Virus record (IMG/VR): IMGVR_UViG_3300024249_000014 | Coordinates: 1 to 43,361 of that record | Source: a virus | Lineage: Duplodnaviria; Caudoviricetes | Direction: 5' to 3' (one strand) | DNA: 43,361 nt | Part shown: in pieces, positions 27,207 to 35,753 of the stretch | How the letters are laid out: each line of letters begins with the position of its first letter | How positions within the stretch are numbered: the stretch's first letter is position 1 | Position numbers and translations under genes: made by a program | Notes under the pieces: generated by a model | Databases searched by the model: none | What the model was told of the DNA's origin: nothing | What the model saw: only the letters and a program-made list of their open reading frames with translations

Positions 27207-29348
27207 TTATTTGCTGTATCTCCGCATAGCTTTAACATCCGCATCAACTGGCAATCCCATGCACCAATCAGGAACGTCCAACAAACATTCTTTTAGGCGC
27301 ATCTTGGCGGTATCTTCGTCTGTATCATTAATAGCAATAACCTCATCGTGTACGAGGCCAATTACATCGAAATGCTTTTGCGTGTTGAGTGCGCCAATCG
27401 CGCATATGTCTCGCGCGATGGCCTGAACCATGTTCTCGATCAGCTTGCCGCCGTAGGTCGACTCGCGATAGGTGCCCCCGCGCCATTCGGTGCGGTAGGT
27501 CAATTGGGGTTTGCCCCATTTGTTGAATGTGTCGATCTTCGGGCGATAGTAGGCGATATGCCGCCCGCTCGGCAGAGAACAGAGCAGCCAATAGCGCTCC
27601 GCGTCGATCCGCTCTACGTGATAGGTTACTTCTGTGCCCCATAGTGGCACCACTTGTCCCTCGTCTTTGCAAGCCTCTATAGCACACCAGTTTGCCCGCG
27701 ACCATAGCCCTTCCTGATAGTCGGAAATTTCCGGGTTCGCGTCCCTATATGCTTTAACGACAAACTCGGCATCTTCCAGTGACATAATAATGTCTTGGTT
27801 ATCGCAGTAGGCTTGAAAGCCGGGGGCGGCTAGCTGAAAACCGCAACCAAGCACGGCTGATTTAGCTCTTTGACGCTCATCTGCCAATTCGGGGCGTACT
27901 TCGCCCCTGTCATCAAAATAGTCGTCATAATTGCGGCGGTACATGCTGTCAGCAGCAAAACGTACATAAGTATCCTCTCCCTTCGCAAAGCTGCTAAGCA
28001 ATCCTTCCGCCTGTGCCAGCCATGCCAACACGCGCGCCTCAATTTGCTTGTAGTCCCCCGATATGATGAACTTATCATCAGGTGCCTTGATGAACCCGCG
28101 CATGGAGTGCGATAGGCTCATTAATGGCCTTGGGAATAGCATATCGGCATCATTGATCCATTCGGGCATTCCATTGTGCCCTAGGCCATTTTGCCAGCAT
28201 GGCCGCTCAAAAAATTTAAGCATTATTTCGGCGTGTTTCTTGTCGCCTCTAATAAAGTTTTGAGGTTGGATACGCTTACCAGACCATCGCCCTGTATGGG
28301 CACCGTAATACAAGAACAACCCCCTAGCTCTGCCGTCGGATGATACGTTATCAACCATTGCTTGCAGTTTTTTGACGGAAGCCCGCGAGGCGTCCAAGCG
28401 TATATTGATAACGTCTTTAAGGTCATTAGGAAAGTTATCCTTATTTACCCTATTAAGAGTTTTGGATTGCAGGTTAGGAATGTCCAGCGTTTCCTCGCGC
28501 ATGTTGATGTATTCAAGCACGCGTTCCCGCTGTGTCGGGTTCACGCCCGTTATGGCGTTGAAGCGCTGCACTGCGCTCTGTGTGTAGTGATCCGAAAAAT
28601 GTATAGCTTTGTAAACGCTCTCAACGTCAATGGGTACTCCTTTGCTATTAATAGAGTAGTCCAATTCCCATATTTTCTGCTCGAAAAACGGCAGATCGTC
28701 TAGCAGGGCATCTAGCTGTTGCTCAACCTTAGCATCATTAATGCAGTAGTCTTTGCCTAGCTGATACTCGGCGGGCAGTTCATGGGGTTCTGCCCAATGC
28801 TGTGTGATCACACCATTTTTCTTCGCACCCTTCCACTTGCGGGGCATACAGAAGGTTTTGATGAACTCCTTGCCTTCGCCCATCTTCTGCAAGGGCAAGG
28901 CGAGGTCGGACGCCGCGCCGTCTAGGCTTGCTCTGAGACCCCAATAGCGCGCTCTGGCGGCGGTGCATGACCAACGCCGGGGCATCGGCCACCCCCACTG
29001 CCGGGTGCATATTTCGCGCCATATGTCCTGTTCAAACCGGGCATTGTGGGCAACGAAGGTCCAGTCGTTTCCGATTGCCATTTCCAGCGCCGGGGGCAGG
29101 GGCACCTTGTAGGCATTCAGGAACGGGTCGTCCTCACCGCAAGCCGGGTAGCGCGTGCGGGCATAGTCGGGATTCTCGCCCATAAAGTCGAACAGGGCTT
29201 CGCTGCTATCTGTCACCGCAGCGAGCATTAATGGACTTGTTGACCAATGCTGCGCGTAGATCGTCGAACCTAGCTTTAATAGGTCAACAATGCTCCGCGT
29301 CTCAAAGTCAATATGAATCCGCTTATTCATGCCTATCTCATCGTACAT
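27207..29348 (-). CDS. family A DNA polymerase with 3'-5' exonuclease
   Basis: IDFETRS, AHNARFE and YCINDA exonuclease motifs; HTGRWSG; motif A DYKQIEARV; motif B RQRAKSAVLGCGF; motif C VHDEV. Confidence 0.95.
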   Translation of the reverse strand: MYDEIGMNKRIHIDFETRSIVDLLKLGSTIYAQHWSTSPLMLAAVTDSSEALFDFMGENPDYARTRYPACGEDDPFLNAYKVPLPPALEMAIGNDWTFVAHNARFEQDIWREICTRQWGWPMPRRWSCTAARARYWGLRASLDGAASDLALPLQKMGEGKEFIKTFCMPRKWKGAKKNGVITQHWAEPHELPAEYQLGKDYCINDAKVEQQLDALLDDLPFFEQKIWELDYSINSKGVPIDVESVYKAIHFSDHYTQSAVQRFNAITGVNPTQRERVLEYINMREETLDIPNLQSKTLNRVNKDNFPNDLKDVINIRLDASRASVKKLQAMVDNVSSDGRARGLFLYYGAHTGRWSGKRIQPQNFIRGDKKHAEIMLKFFERPCWQNGLGHNGMPEWINDADMLFPRPLMSLSHSMRGFIKAPDDKFIISGDYKQIEARVLAWLAQAEGLLSSFAKGEDTYVRFAADSMYRRNYDDYFDDRGEVRPELADERQRAKSAVLGCGFQLAAPGFQAYCDNQDIIMSLEDAEFVVKAYRDANPEISDYQEGLWSRANWCAIEACKDEGQVVPLWGTEVTYHVERIDAERYWLLCSLPSGRHIAYYRPKIDTFNKWGKPQLTYRTEWRGGTYRESTYGGKLIENMVQAIARDICAIGALNTQKHFDVIGLVHDEVIAINDTDEDTAKMRLKECLLDVPDWCMGLPVDADVKAMRRYSK

Positions 29349-29518
29349 CAGAAGCTCATACCGGCTACGTACTTCAACGCCGCTATTGCCACAACGATTA
29401 ACACTAGAACAAATATAATCTTTTTAATCGTCGCGTCAATGGGGATAAGCTGGATGAGATACAGTAACCCGCCTACGATGATAAGCGCGATCACGATATA
29501 GACGAGTTGCTGTAGCAT
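29348..29518 (-). CDS. small 2-TM membrane protein (56 aa, not in ORF track)
   Basis: MLQQLVYIVIALIIVGGLLYLIQLIPIDATIKKIIFVLVLIVVAIAALKYVAGMSF*; AGGAGG RBS; TGATG overlap with the polymerase gene. Confidence 0.8.
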   Translation of the reverse strand: MLQQLVYIVIALIIVGGLLYLIQLIPIDATIKKIIFVLVLIVVAIAALKYVAGMSF

Positions 29519-29527
29519 ATCATCCTC

Positions 29528-29908
29528 CTATACCATCCAGTGCGGTGGCCTCGGTATTTTCTTGAACGTCGGCCTCCAAAGGTGGAGCGTGAAAGGGTGG
29601 GTATTAATATGATCGAATGATGGAACGTGTAGTTGCATAGCTGTTTCATCATCCTTGAAAAACATTCGCTTTATCTGTTCCATTTCGGCCCATGTAGGCG
29701 TTTCAGGAAGTGAGCATGATACACTTACATGATCCCATCCCATACCTCTCCCGGCGATAACGCGCAATGTGTTGGTTCGTACTCCTGAGGGTATTTCAAA
29801 TGCTCCTACTTTACTCCTATCGTCGTCGTCCAATGGTAATGCACCCTTAGCTATCTTGGCTTCCCAATCTCCTAGTCTGTACTTGTCTAATTTTCGTAAA
29901 TCTCTCAT
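29528..29908 (-). CDS. conserved phage protein (His-rich, function unknown)
   Basis: GWDHVSVS..PTWAEM..K..FF..QLH..HINTHP..LHLWRP family pattern. Confidence 0.8.
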   Translation of the reverse strand: MRDLRKLDKYRLGDWEAKIAKGALPLDDDDRSKVGAFEIPSGVRTNTLRVIAGRGMGWDHVSVSCSLPETPTWAEMEQIKRMFFKDDETAMQLHVPSFDHINTHPFTLHLWRPTFKKIPRPPHWMV

Positions 29909-29929
29909 CCATAAGTCCTATTAATAGGG

Positions 29930-29971
29930 TGGGGACTGCCGAGCGGGGGCATTCTAACTGGACAGTCCCCA
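29930..29971. other. intergenic hairpin after the SSB gene
   Basis: TGGGGACTG/CAGTCCCCA inverted repeat. Confidence 0.5.
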
Positions 29972-29976
29972 TAAGC

Positions 29977-30657
29977 TTACAGTATATCCGGCAAGCCGCT
30001 AGCCGTCGCCATTGCCCCTTGCTTAAGCGGAGTGAATTGGCTCTTGGCATCAGGGCGAGTTGCACCGATACGCTCGCCATCCTCGAACTTCTGGATGTTG
30101 TTCAGGCGCGTGCTAATGAAGTTTTTGCCCATGTAGCTTGTGCCAAACATGATGCCTGAGCAGCGGCCCGAGCAACCGCTATACAAGTCCAGAGGCATAA
30201 TATCCTCATTGTGCGGACCAATCAGACCGGGGGCACCGGCATAGATGACTTGCCCATTAGGGTGCCTGCTAGCAACGGCTTTCTGTTTGAAGTTCAAATA
30301 GTATTTGCCGAACAGATATTCCCGCTTTTTCGTGTTATGTGCAGGGTTGTCCCCGTCACGGAAGAACGGTTCCAAATGGAAGAACGCTCCCGGTTGTAGG
30401 CTTTCGGGCCATGCCTGAGACTGGCAAAGCTTGGCAAGCTCGATCAGCGGGACAAGCTCATTAATACGGCTCTTTTCCCACGCCATCGTGATACGATACT
30501 CAGCCTCCTGAAAACCTTGGTCATCCATGATCGGCTGTCGCGTCTGCTCATTCACTTTCAACAGCGGCTTATCGTGGCTGCAATGCGTGATAAGGCCAAT
30601 GGGCGTGATGAACTCGTTGAAAAGTGGCTTTCCGCCGTTTGCGGGATACATACTCAA
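29977..30657 (-). CDS. single-stranded DNA-binding protein (DUF2815 / T7 gp2.5-like)
   Basis: PFFRDGD, LYSGCSGR, LNNIQKFEDGERIG motifs; position between Cas4-like nuclease and polymerase. Confidence 0.8.
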   Translation of the reverse strand: MSMYPANGGKPLFNEFITPIGLITHCSHDKPLLKVNEQTRQPIMDDQGFQEAEYRITMAWEKSRINELVPLIELAKLCQSQAWPESLQPGAFFHLEPFFRDGDNPAHNTKKREYLFGKYYLNFKQKAVASRHPNGQVIYAGAPGLIGPHNEDIMPLDLYSGCSGRCSGIMFGTSYMGKNFISTRLNNIQKFEDGERIGATRPDAKSQFTPLKQGAMATASGLPDIL

Positions 30658-30693
30658 TTCCTTCGTCTAGAGCGTCTATAGCGTCTGTTGCGT

Positions 30694-31833
30694 CTATTTC
30701 AGTGCATCAAATTCTTGTCCGCGTTTATACTCCTTCCTACCATCAATGGTCTTTTCGAGAGTGAGAGACTGATTCTCAGGCTGTAGCAACGTCTTAGGAC
30801 AAATTTGATCCATCGCCTTCATCCATGCGCCGCGCCCGTGATGCTTGAAAATCTTTTTAACGATGCGCTCAATGCCAGCAACGCCAATGGGAGATTTATC
30901 ATATAACTCGCCATCGTCAATACCGAAATGCTTTAGATTCTCGTATGCGGCATCGCGCGCCCTGTCATCATTGAACGCCCGGTTCTGCCTAGCCTTCACA
31001 AGCTTATAGCCTTCTATCCGCTTGTTCTGTTGCAGGATACGGCGCATAGCCTCTCCGCGCAGATTGTCATGGTAGCCCTTTAATAGCTCTGCCTCTTCCA
31101 GCGCCTTGGCTAGTTCCTCATCGGACATGCCTGTTGGTTCACCGGGGAAGTAAGCTAGTTTCAAGTTCTCTTGCGCCCATGCATGAAACACGGTGCAGCT
31201 ACCCCGTGCGGGGCAATAGGTGTTGCGGCAGTGCTTGCCCGCTAGAATCTGCTCGCTTGCCAGTGCCAAACCGACTTCATGCCTAAACCAGTTTAGATCG
31301 TTCTCGACCGGCTCGAAATGGCGTATCATGCCATCACGGTGGACATAGTTGGGCTGGATCACGGATAGCTTATATGTCTTGCGTTCACCCCATTTGTGAA
31401 TTGCGCCCAAGAGGTAAAGCATCAGTTGGGCATTCATATTAATGTCCACCGGAACATAGCCGTTCTTGTAGTCAATAATATGAATGAGCCGAGGCGTGAC
31501 TAGAATAACGTCCGCCGTGCCAAATTCGCCTGTTTCGGGTATATCAAGCTGTTGTTCGGCGTAAATCTGACAACCGCCGCTTGTCTTGTATTCCTTATAT
31601 GTGTTCTCGATATACTCCTGTGCGAGCATGACGTTGTATTCCATATCAACATCGCCCGTGTCAGGCACAGTGCCCCAAACGATAGCATCCTCTAGCAACT
31701 TATGTGCAACGTCACCTTTAATAGATGCTTCTGTTTCAGGATTATCAAAGGTCGCCAGCACCTTGACGGAGCCGGGGCATGACAACCACCTAGAAGCCGC
31801 GCTAGGTGCCCGAAATTCTGCGTGTGTCGTCAT
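30694..31833 (-). CDS. DUF2800 / Cas4-like PD-(D/E)XK nuclease
   Basis: PSAASRWLSCPGS, G..AH, FGTADV, IIDYKNG, NAQLMLY, GKHC..YCPA..C. Confidence 0.88.
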   Translation of the reverse strand: MTTHAEFRAPSAASRWLSCPGSVKVLATFDNPETEASIKGDVAHKLLEDAIVWGTVPDTGDVDMEYNVMLAQEYIENTYKEYKTSGGCQIYAEQQLDIPETGEFGTADVILVTPRLIHIIDYKNGYVPVDINMNAQLMLYLLGAIHKWGERKTYKLSVIQPNYVHRDGMIRHFEPVENDLNWFRHEVGLALASEQILAGKHCRNTYCPARGSCTVFHAWAQENLKLAYFPGEPTGMSDEELAKALEEAELLKGYHDNLRGEAMRRILQQNKRIEGYKLVKARQNRAFNDDRARDAAYENLKHFGIDDGELYDKSPIGVAGIERIVKKIFKHHGRGAWMKAMDQICPKTLLQPENQSLTLEKTIDGRKEYKRGQEFDALK

Positions 31834-31844
31834 GCCCTTAGCCT

Positions 31845-32000
31845 CTAATCTTCGTCGTCAAAATCGAGTTCATTAAAAGAATAATCGTCCTCTGCGTCGT
31901 CATCTTCATCAACATCAGCATTGCGGACAATCATCCCTGAGAGTTTGATGCCAAAGTAATTAAACAATGGCTCCCTAGCGTCTGTGCGAGCCTGTCTCAT
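31845..32000 (-). CDS. small protein with highly acidic tail (51 aa, not in ORF track)
   Basis: ..RNADVDEDDDAEDDYSFNELDFDDED*; ATGA overlap with the upstream ORF. Confidence 0.65.
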   Translation of the reverse strand: MRQARTDAREPLFNYFGIKLSGMIVRNADVDEDDDAEDDYSFNELDFDDED

Positions 32001-32164
32001 GGCGCAGGCTTCGGAACTAACCATGACTGCACGGGTGCAGCCGGTGTGCTAGGCGGTACAGGGGGCGTAAGCGCCGGTCCTGCCGCATGGGGCACCGGCA
32101 AGCCGGGTGTGCTAGGCGGGTTAGGTGACGCATTGGGGGTTGGTTCAAGGTCTTTAGTTGCCAT
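31997..32164 (-). CDS. small Pro-rich disordered protein (55 aa, not in ORF track)
   Basis: MATKDLEPTPNASPNPPSTPG..PPSTPAAPVQSWLVPKPAP*; AGGAG RBS. Confidence 0.65.
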   Translation of the reverse strand: MATKDLEPTPNASPNPPSTPGLPVPHAAGPALTPPVPPSTPAAPVQSWLVPKPAP

Positions 32165-32185
32165 ACATACTTCTCCTATTAATAG

Positions 32186-32479
32186 CTACACCAGCGGTTC
32201 GGGTTCTGGCGGGGAAGGTGCCGGTGAGGGGGTACGGGATGGTGAAACCTGATCGGCTTCGCCTTCATGCCAATAGGTCTGATCGACTTCCGGGGCAGAG
32301 GGGTTCTGTGGAATCCCATCGCCGGGATCGCCACCTTCCCATACCGGAGCATCCATGGAGACTTCCCCAACGATTTCCTCTTCCATCGGCATAGGACCGG
32401 CAGGCACAATCTGAGTAGGCGGATTGGCCCTATCAATCTCTGTTGCCGTATGGGCTTCTGATGATTTATGTTTTACCAT
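32186..32479 (-). CDS. acidic Pro-rich disordered protein
   Basis: GGAGTAGG RBS; low-complexity E/P composition. Confidence 0.65.
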   Translation of the reverse strand: MVKHKSSEAHTATEIDRANPPTQIVPAGPMPMEEEIVGEVSMDAPVWEGGDPGDGIPQNPSAPEVDQTYWHEGEADQVSPSRTPSPAPSPPEPEPLV

Positions 32480-32500
32480 CGCACCTACTCCATTAATAGC

Positions 32501-32941
32501 CTACATAATTGTAGGGCTTGGTTGCGCTCCACCATGTTGCGCAATCACTGCGGTAAATCTGTTATACAAGTCTTGGTATTGATCCGGACGCGCTTCCGGC
32601 AAGCGGGGGATGCCCAACTGTGTCAGCACTGCCGAGAAACCACCTTTGATCGTCGGATTGTCCAGATACGGATTGATGAGCGCCATGAGCGCCTGTTCGC
32701 TGAGTGGGGGTTGTTCCACTGCGGCGGGCTGTGCGGCTGCTACAGAGGCAGGAGCGGGGCCAAAGGGGTCAAAGGCCGTCACCTGTGCCGGGATCGCTGC
32801 TTGGACCGCTGCTACCCCTGCCTGCTGTCCACCGCCGTTCAGGGCGGAAGGCTGCAATGTCGCCGTCTCGAATGTCTGTGCATCCAAAGTGGCTTTGATT
32901 GCCTGTAGTTCTGCAAGGATTTGCTCAAGAATACCAGTCAT
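32501..32941 (-). CDS. hypothetical protein of replication module
   Basis: AAGGA RBS; Ala/Pro linker then helical C-domain (LGIPRLPEARPDQY), as usually seen upstream of DUF2800 genes. Confidence 0.75.
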   Translation of the reverse strand: MTGILEQILAELQAIKATLDAQTFETATLQPSALNGGGQQAGVAAVQAAIPAQVTAFDPFGPAPASVAAAQPAAVEQPPLSEQALMALINPYLDNPTIKGGFSAVLTQLGIPRLPEARPDQYQDLYNRFTAVIAQHGGAQPSPTIM

Positions 32942-32958
32942 TAATAGTTCCTTTCCTC

Positions 32959-35337
32959 TTAGATAAGATCGGGAAGCCCGTTGTTGGGCATAGAGGCAGG
33001 GGGCGTGAGAACGAACACGACAGCATTCCCACGCCGCTCCGCCGCTTCGGTCACTTGACCGTCAGCTAAAAGCTTATCAAGTGTACGTCGAAGTATTTGC
33101 TCACTATCACAATTCAAATTTATGCGCAAGTCTTTTAGTGTCAAACCATCCTTATTTTGTTCAAGCGCGAACATAACCTTACCGGGTAACTTGGGGTCTT
33201 TGGGTTTCGCGCCGGTCATGCCGAGCCGCGATGCATCTTCCTGCTCGCGATACTCTTTAAAGGTAATGGCTCGGTCTTTTGGGATACGCTGCCAAACTTC
33301 GTTTTTAGATTCCAACGGGATTTGGAACTTACCGAAATCTCGGCTTTGGGCGATAATCCAAGCTGTGCCTTCAAAGCTGTAGTGATCGGGGACGTATAGC
33401 TGTAGCTGCCCTTCCACTGCACCCTGTTGAGCCATGGAACCGGACATATTATCATATATGTTTCCGGCCCTATTACCACCGGGCGGGGATTTGCGATCAT
33501 GCTTGATGGATAGAATAGCGCTCTGATACTCTTTCTCTTGGACTATATCATTAATAGTCTCGACCATTTCATACTCACGCATGTTCAGATCAAGAGTAGC
33601 GCTTTCCACATGAAAACGGTTGGCAGGCTCGATGCAGACTACCGTAGGCTCGCTTGTGTCCTCTCGGATCACTTCGCGGATATGGTGAGCGCCTTCCGGT
33701 CCTGCCGGTAAGCGGTATTGGTTGCCTTCATCGTCTGTTTTGCTGCCAAGGTTAAAGTACATAAAGCGGTCGCGGAACCCTTCGATAAATTCCTCTTGGC
33801 TCATACCCCATTCGTCATGCGCTGTTTTAGCCAAGCCAGCCACCTTGTCTTGCATACGCCAATCCCGTTCTTCCAATGCGAGATAAAGGATTTTGCTTTT
33901 GGTCACTTCCTCGCCAAATAGCGGCATCCCGAATAGGATATGAAGCATCATCATGTAGGAGAGGGTAGTTTTGCCGACTTTTGGCGGACCTGATAAGACA
34001 ACATGCGTGTTCATTAGGAACATATTATTGATTAGGGCAGGTCGGATTATTTTAGGTTTAAACAGAATCTCCGGATCGAATGTTTTGGCTTTAGCAAATG
34101 GTTTGTAACTGCCGCCTAACAAGCTTGGCGGCATTGTAATTGGTTCCTCTGCAACTTGCATCGGTACTTCGGTCGCGAAGAATTTAGGCGATGCGGGCAG
34201 GGGCTTATCCGCAAACTCAGTGATCGGGACATTCAAACACGCCGATAGCATTTCGGCAGCTTCGTACTTGTTGCCGTCTGTGCGGAACTCAGCTATTAAT
34301 GATATAGGCGTTCTGCGGCCTTCAGTTTCATCGCCTAGATCATGCACCCCAAAATCTTTAATCGACTTCGGGAGTATGCAGATATCTTCTTCTAGGTCGC
34401 GTCCTAAGTCCGCACTAGAAATACGATACCCGTCGCCGTATTGGCGACAGATACCATGGAATATGTGTGGCACCCATTCGTGAATGCGCTCGCGTGCTAC
34501 CTTGTTCAGATTGCGCCACGGCTTTTCATCTTCGGGGTATTCAAATATGGCCCGCTTCGGATCAGGGCCTTTAATAGTAACGCCATTAGATGAAACGAAC
34601 TTCTGCACGGTTTCCCGACGCAGATCGCCGAACGTGTCAAACGGGATTAGCTGTGTGCAGAGGCGATGGGGGTTTGACGGTACATTCTGACCCTTGCGTG
34701 CCCATGTGCCGGGAATGCGGCAAATGCGCGAGGCGTTGAATACCTTGCGGTCAATCTCAATTCCGTCTCCATTGAACTTATCAGCCAATATCTGCAACAC
34801 GGTTTGCAGAAGGCGCTTAGTTTCATCATCGTTAGGGAAGTCGCCTCTGTAAAGCTTATAGCGCAGATGCACGCCATTGCCACTATCAACCACGCATGGA
34901 TTAGGGAAGCCATATGCGAGCAAATGTTTTTCAATGCTCTTGGCAATCTCCATCGCGAAATCGTGTTGCGCGTCTGTCGAGGATATGCCGCTTATGCGCT
35001 TTGGGTCTATGTCTATTAATAGTTCAGTCCGGTATAAGATTTCCGGATCACTGGTGCCACTGCCGGAAGGGGCGGACACGATCACATCCGGTTGCCGTAG
35101 ATAGCAGTCTGGATGCACGGGGTTCATCGTGGCGTACCAGCCAGCGATTGAACTCTCGTCGCGCTGGCAGATCGCATTGGCGGCTAGAATAGGGTCTTTG
35201 AAATAGCCGTACAGGGTCTTTCCCCGGTACTGCGTGAGGCCGCGAACTTCAAAGCAATGGGTGTTACTGCCATCAGCGGGCGCAAGCGTCTCAAGGGCGC
35301 GCACAATCGCGTCAAAGTCAGGCCCGGAGGGGAGCAT
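32959..35337 (-). CDS. primase-helicase (AEP-type primase plus RecA-like/AAA_25 helicase)
   Basis: LLIDIDP, DSGNGVH and RICRIPGT primase motifs; Walker A GPPKVGKTT, YLALEE; possible C-terminal winged helix. Confidence 0.88.
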   Translation of the reverse strand: MLPSGPDFDAIVRALETLAPADGSNTHCFEVRGLTQYRGKTLYGYFKDPILAANAICQRDESSIAGWYATMNPVHPDCYLRQPDVIVSAPSGSGTSDPEILYRTELLIDIDPKRISGISSTDAQHDFAMEIAKSIEKHLLAYGFPNPCVVDSGNGVHLRYKLYRGDFPNDDETKRLLQTVLQILADKFNGDGIEIDRKVFNASRICRIPGTWARKGQNVPSNPHRLCTQLIPFDTFGDLRRETVQKFVSSNGVTIKGPDPKRAIFEYPEDEKPWRNLNKVARERIHEWVPHIFHGICRQYGDGYRISSADLGRDLEEDICILPKSIKDFGVHDLGDETEGRRTPISLIAEFRTDGNKYEAAEMLSACLNVPITEFADKPLPASPKFFATEVPMQVAEEPITMPPSLLGGSYKPFAKAKTFDPEILFKPKIIRPALINNMFLMNTHVVLSGPPKVGKTTLSYMMMLHILFGMPLFGEEVTKSKILYLALEERDWRMQDKVAGLAKTAHDEWGMSQEEFIEGFRDRFMYFNLGSKTDDEGNQYRLPAGPEGAHHIREVIREDTSEPTVVCIEPANRFHVESATLDLNMREYEMVETINDIVQEKEYQSAILSIKHDRKSPPGGNRAGNIYDNMSGSMAQQGAVEGQLQLYVPDHYSFEGTAWIIAQSRDFGKFQIPLESKNEVWQRIPKDRAITFKEYREQEDASRLGMTGAKPKDPKLPGKVMFALEQNKDGLTLKDLRINLNCDSEQILRRTLDKLLADGQVTEAAERRGNAVVFVLTPPASMPNNGLPDLI

Positions 35338-35404
35338 GAAGTGGGAAGTCCAGTGCTGTAAATTCGTGTTCCGCGCCGGATTCGGCGAGGAAATGACACC
35401 TTGG

Positions 35405-35447
35405 GCGGCTGTCTCGAAACTGTCAAGTCGGGGGGAGCCGCTTTTTT
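35405..35447 (+). terminator. candidate + strand intrinsic terminator (antisense to the primase leader)
   Basis: GCGGCT..TCTCGA / TCGGGG..AGCCGC stem with G-U pairs, followed by TTTTTT. Confidence 0.5.
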
Positions 35448-35660
35448 CACAGGCCCTAAAAACACGACACCCCGGTAGCCCGCACTAGGAGAGGCTACCG
35501 GGGCGGGACAGCCTCTCGGCTAATCCTACACTCACCGAACGGCTGAGCCGTCCGAGGGGTTGCCGCCTTCCTAAGTCCGAACATCGCGAACGTCAATAGG
35601 GAAATTTCGCGCGTACAAAAATTCGCTAGGGCTTTAACATTTGTTGTATTAATAGCAGAC

Positions 35661-35701
35661 AAAAGGAACCCCCGGCGCAACAGGGTGCAACGCCGGGGGT
35701 T
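35661..35701 (-). terminator. intrinsic terminator candidate
   Basis: 11-bp stem AACCCCCGGCG/CGCCGGGGGTT followed on the - strand by CCTTTTGT. Confidence 0.65.
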
Positions 35702-35753
35702 TAGTAGGGTGCAGGACGTTCCCATTAAAAGGAACGCCACCACGGGTCGCTCT

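Noticed and set aside
30694-31833. Cas4-like gene as evidence of a CRISPR system
   Set aside because: Standard DUF2800-SSB-PolA replication module; no array or other cas genes
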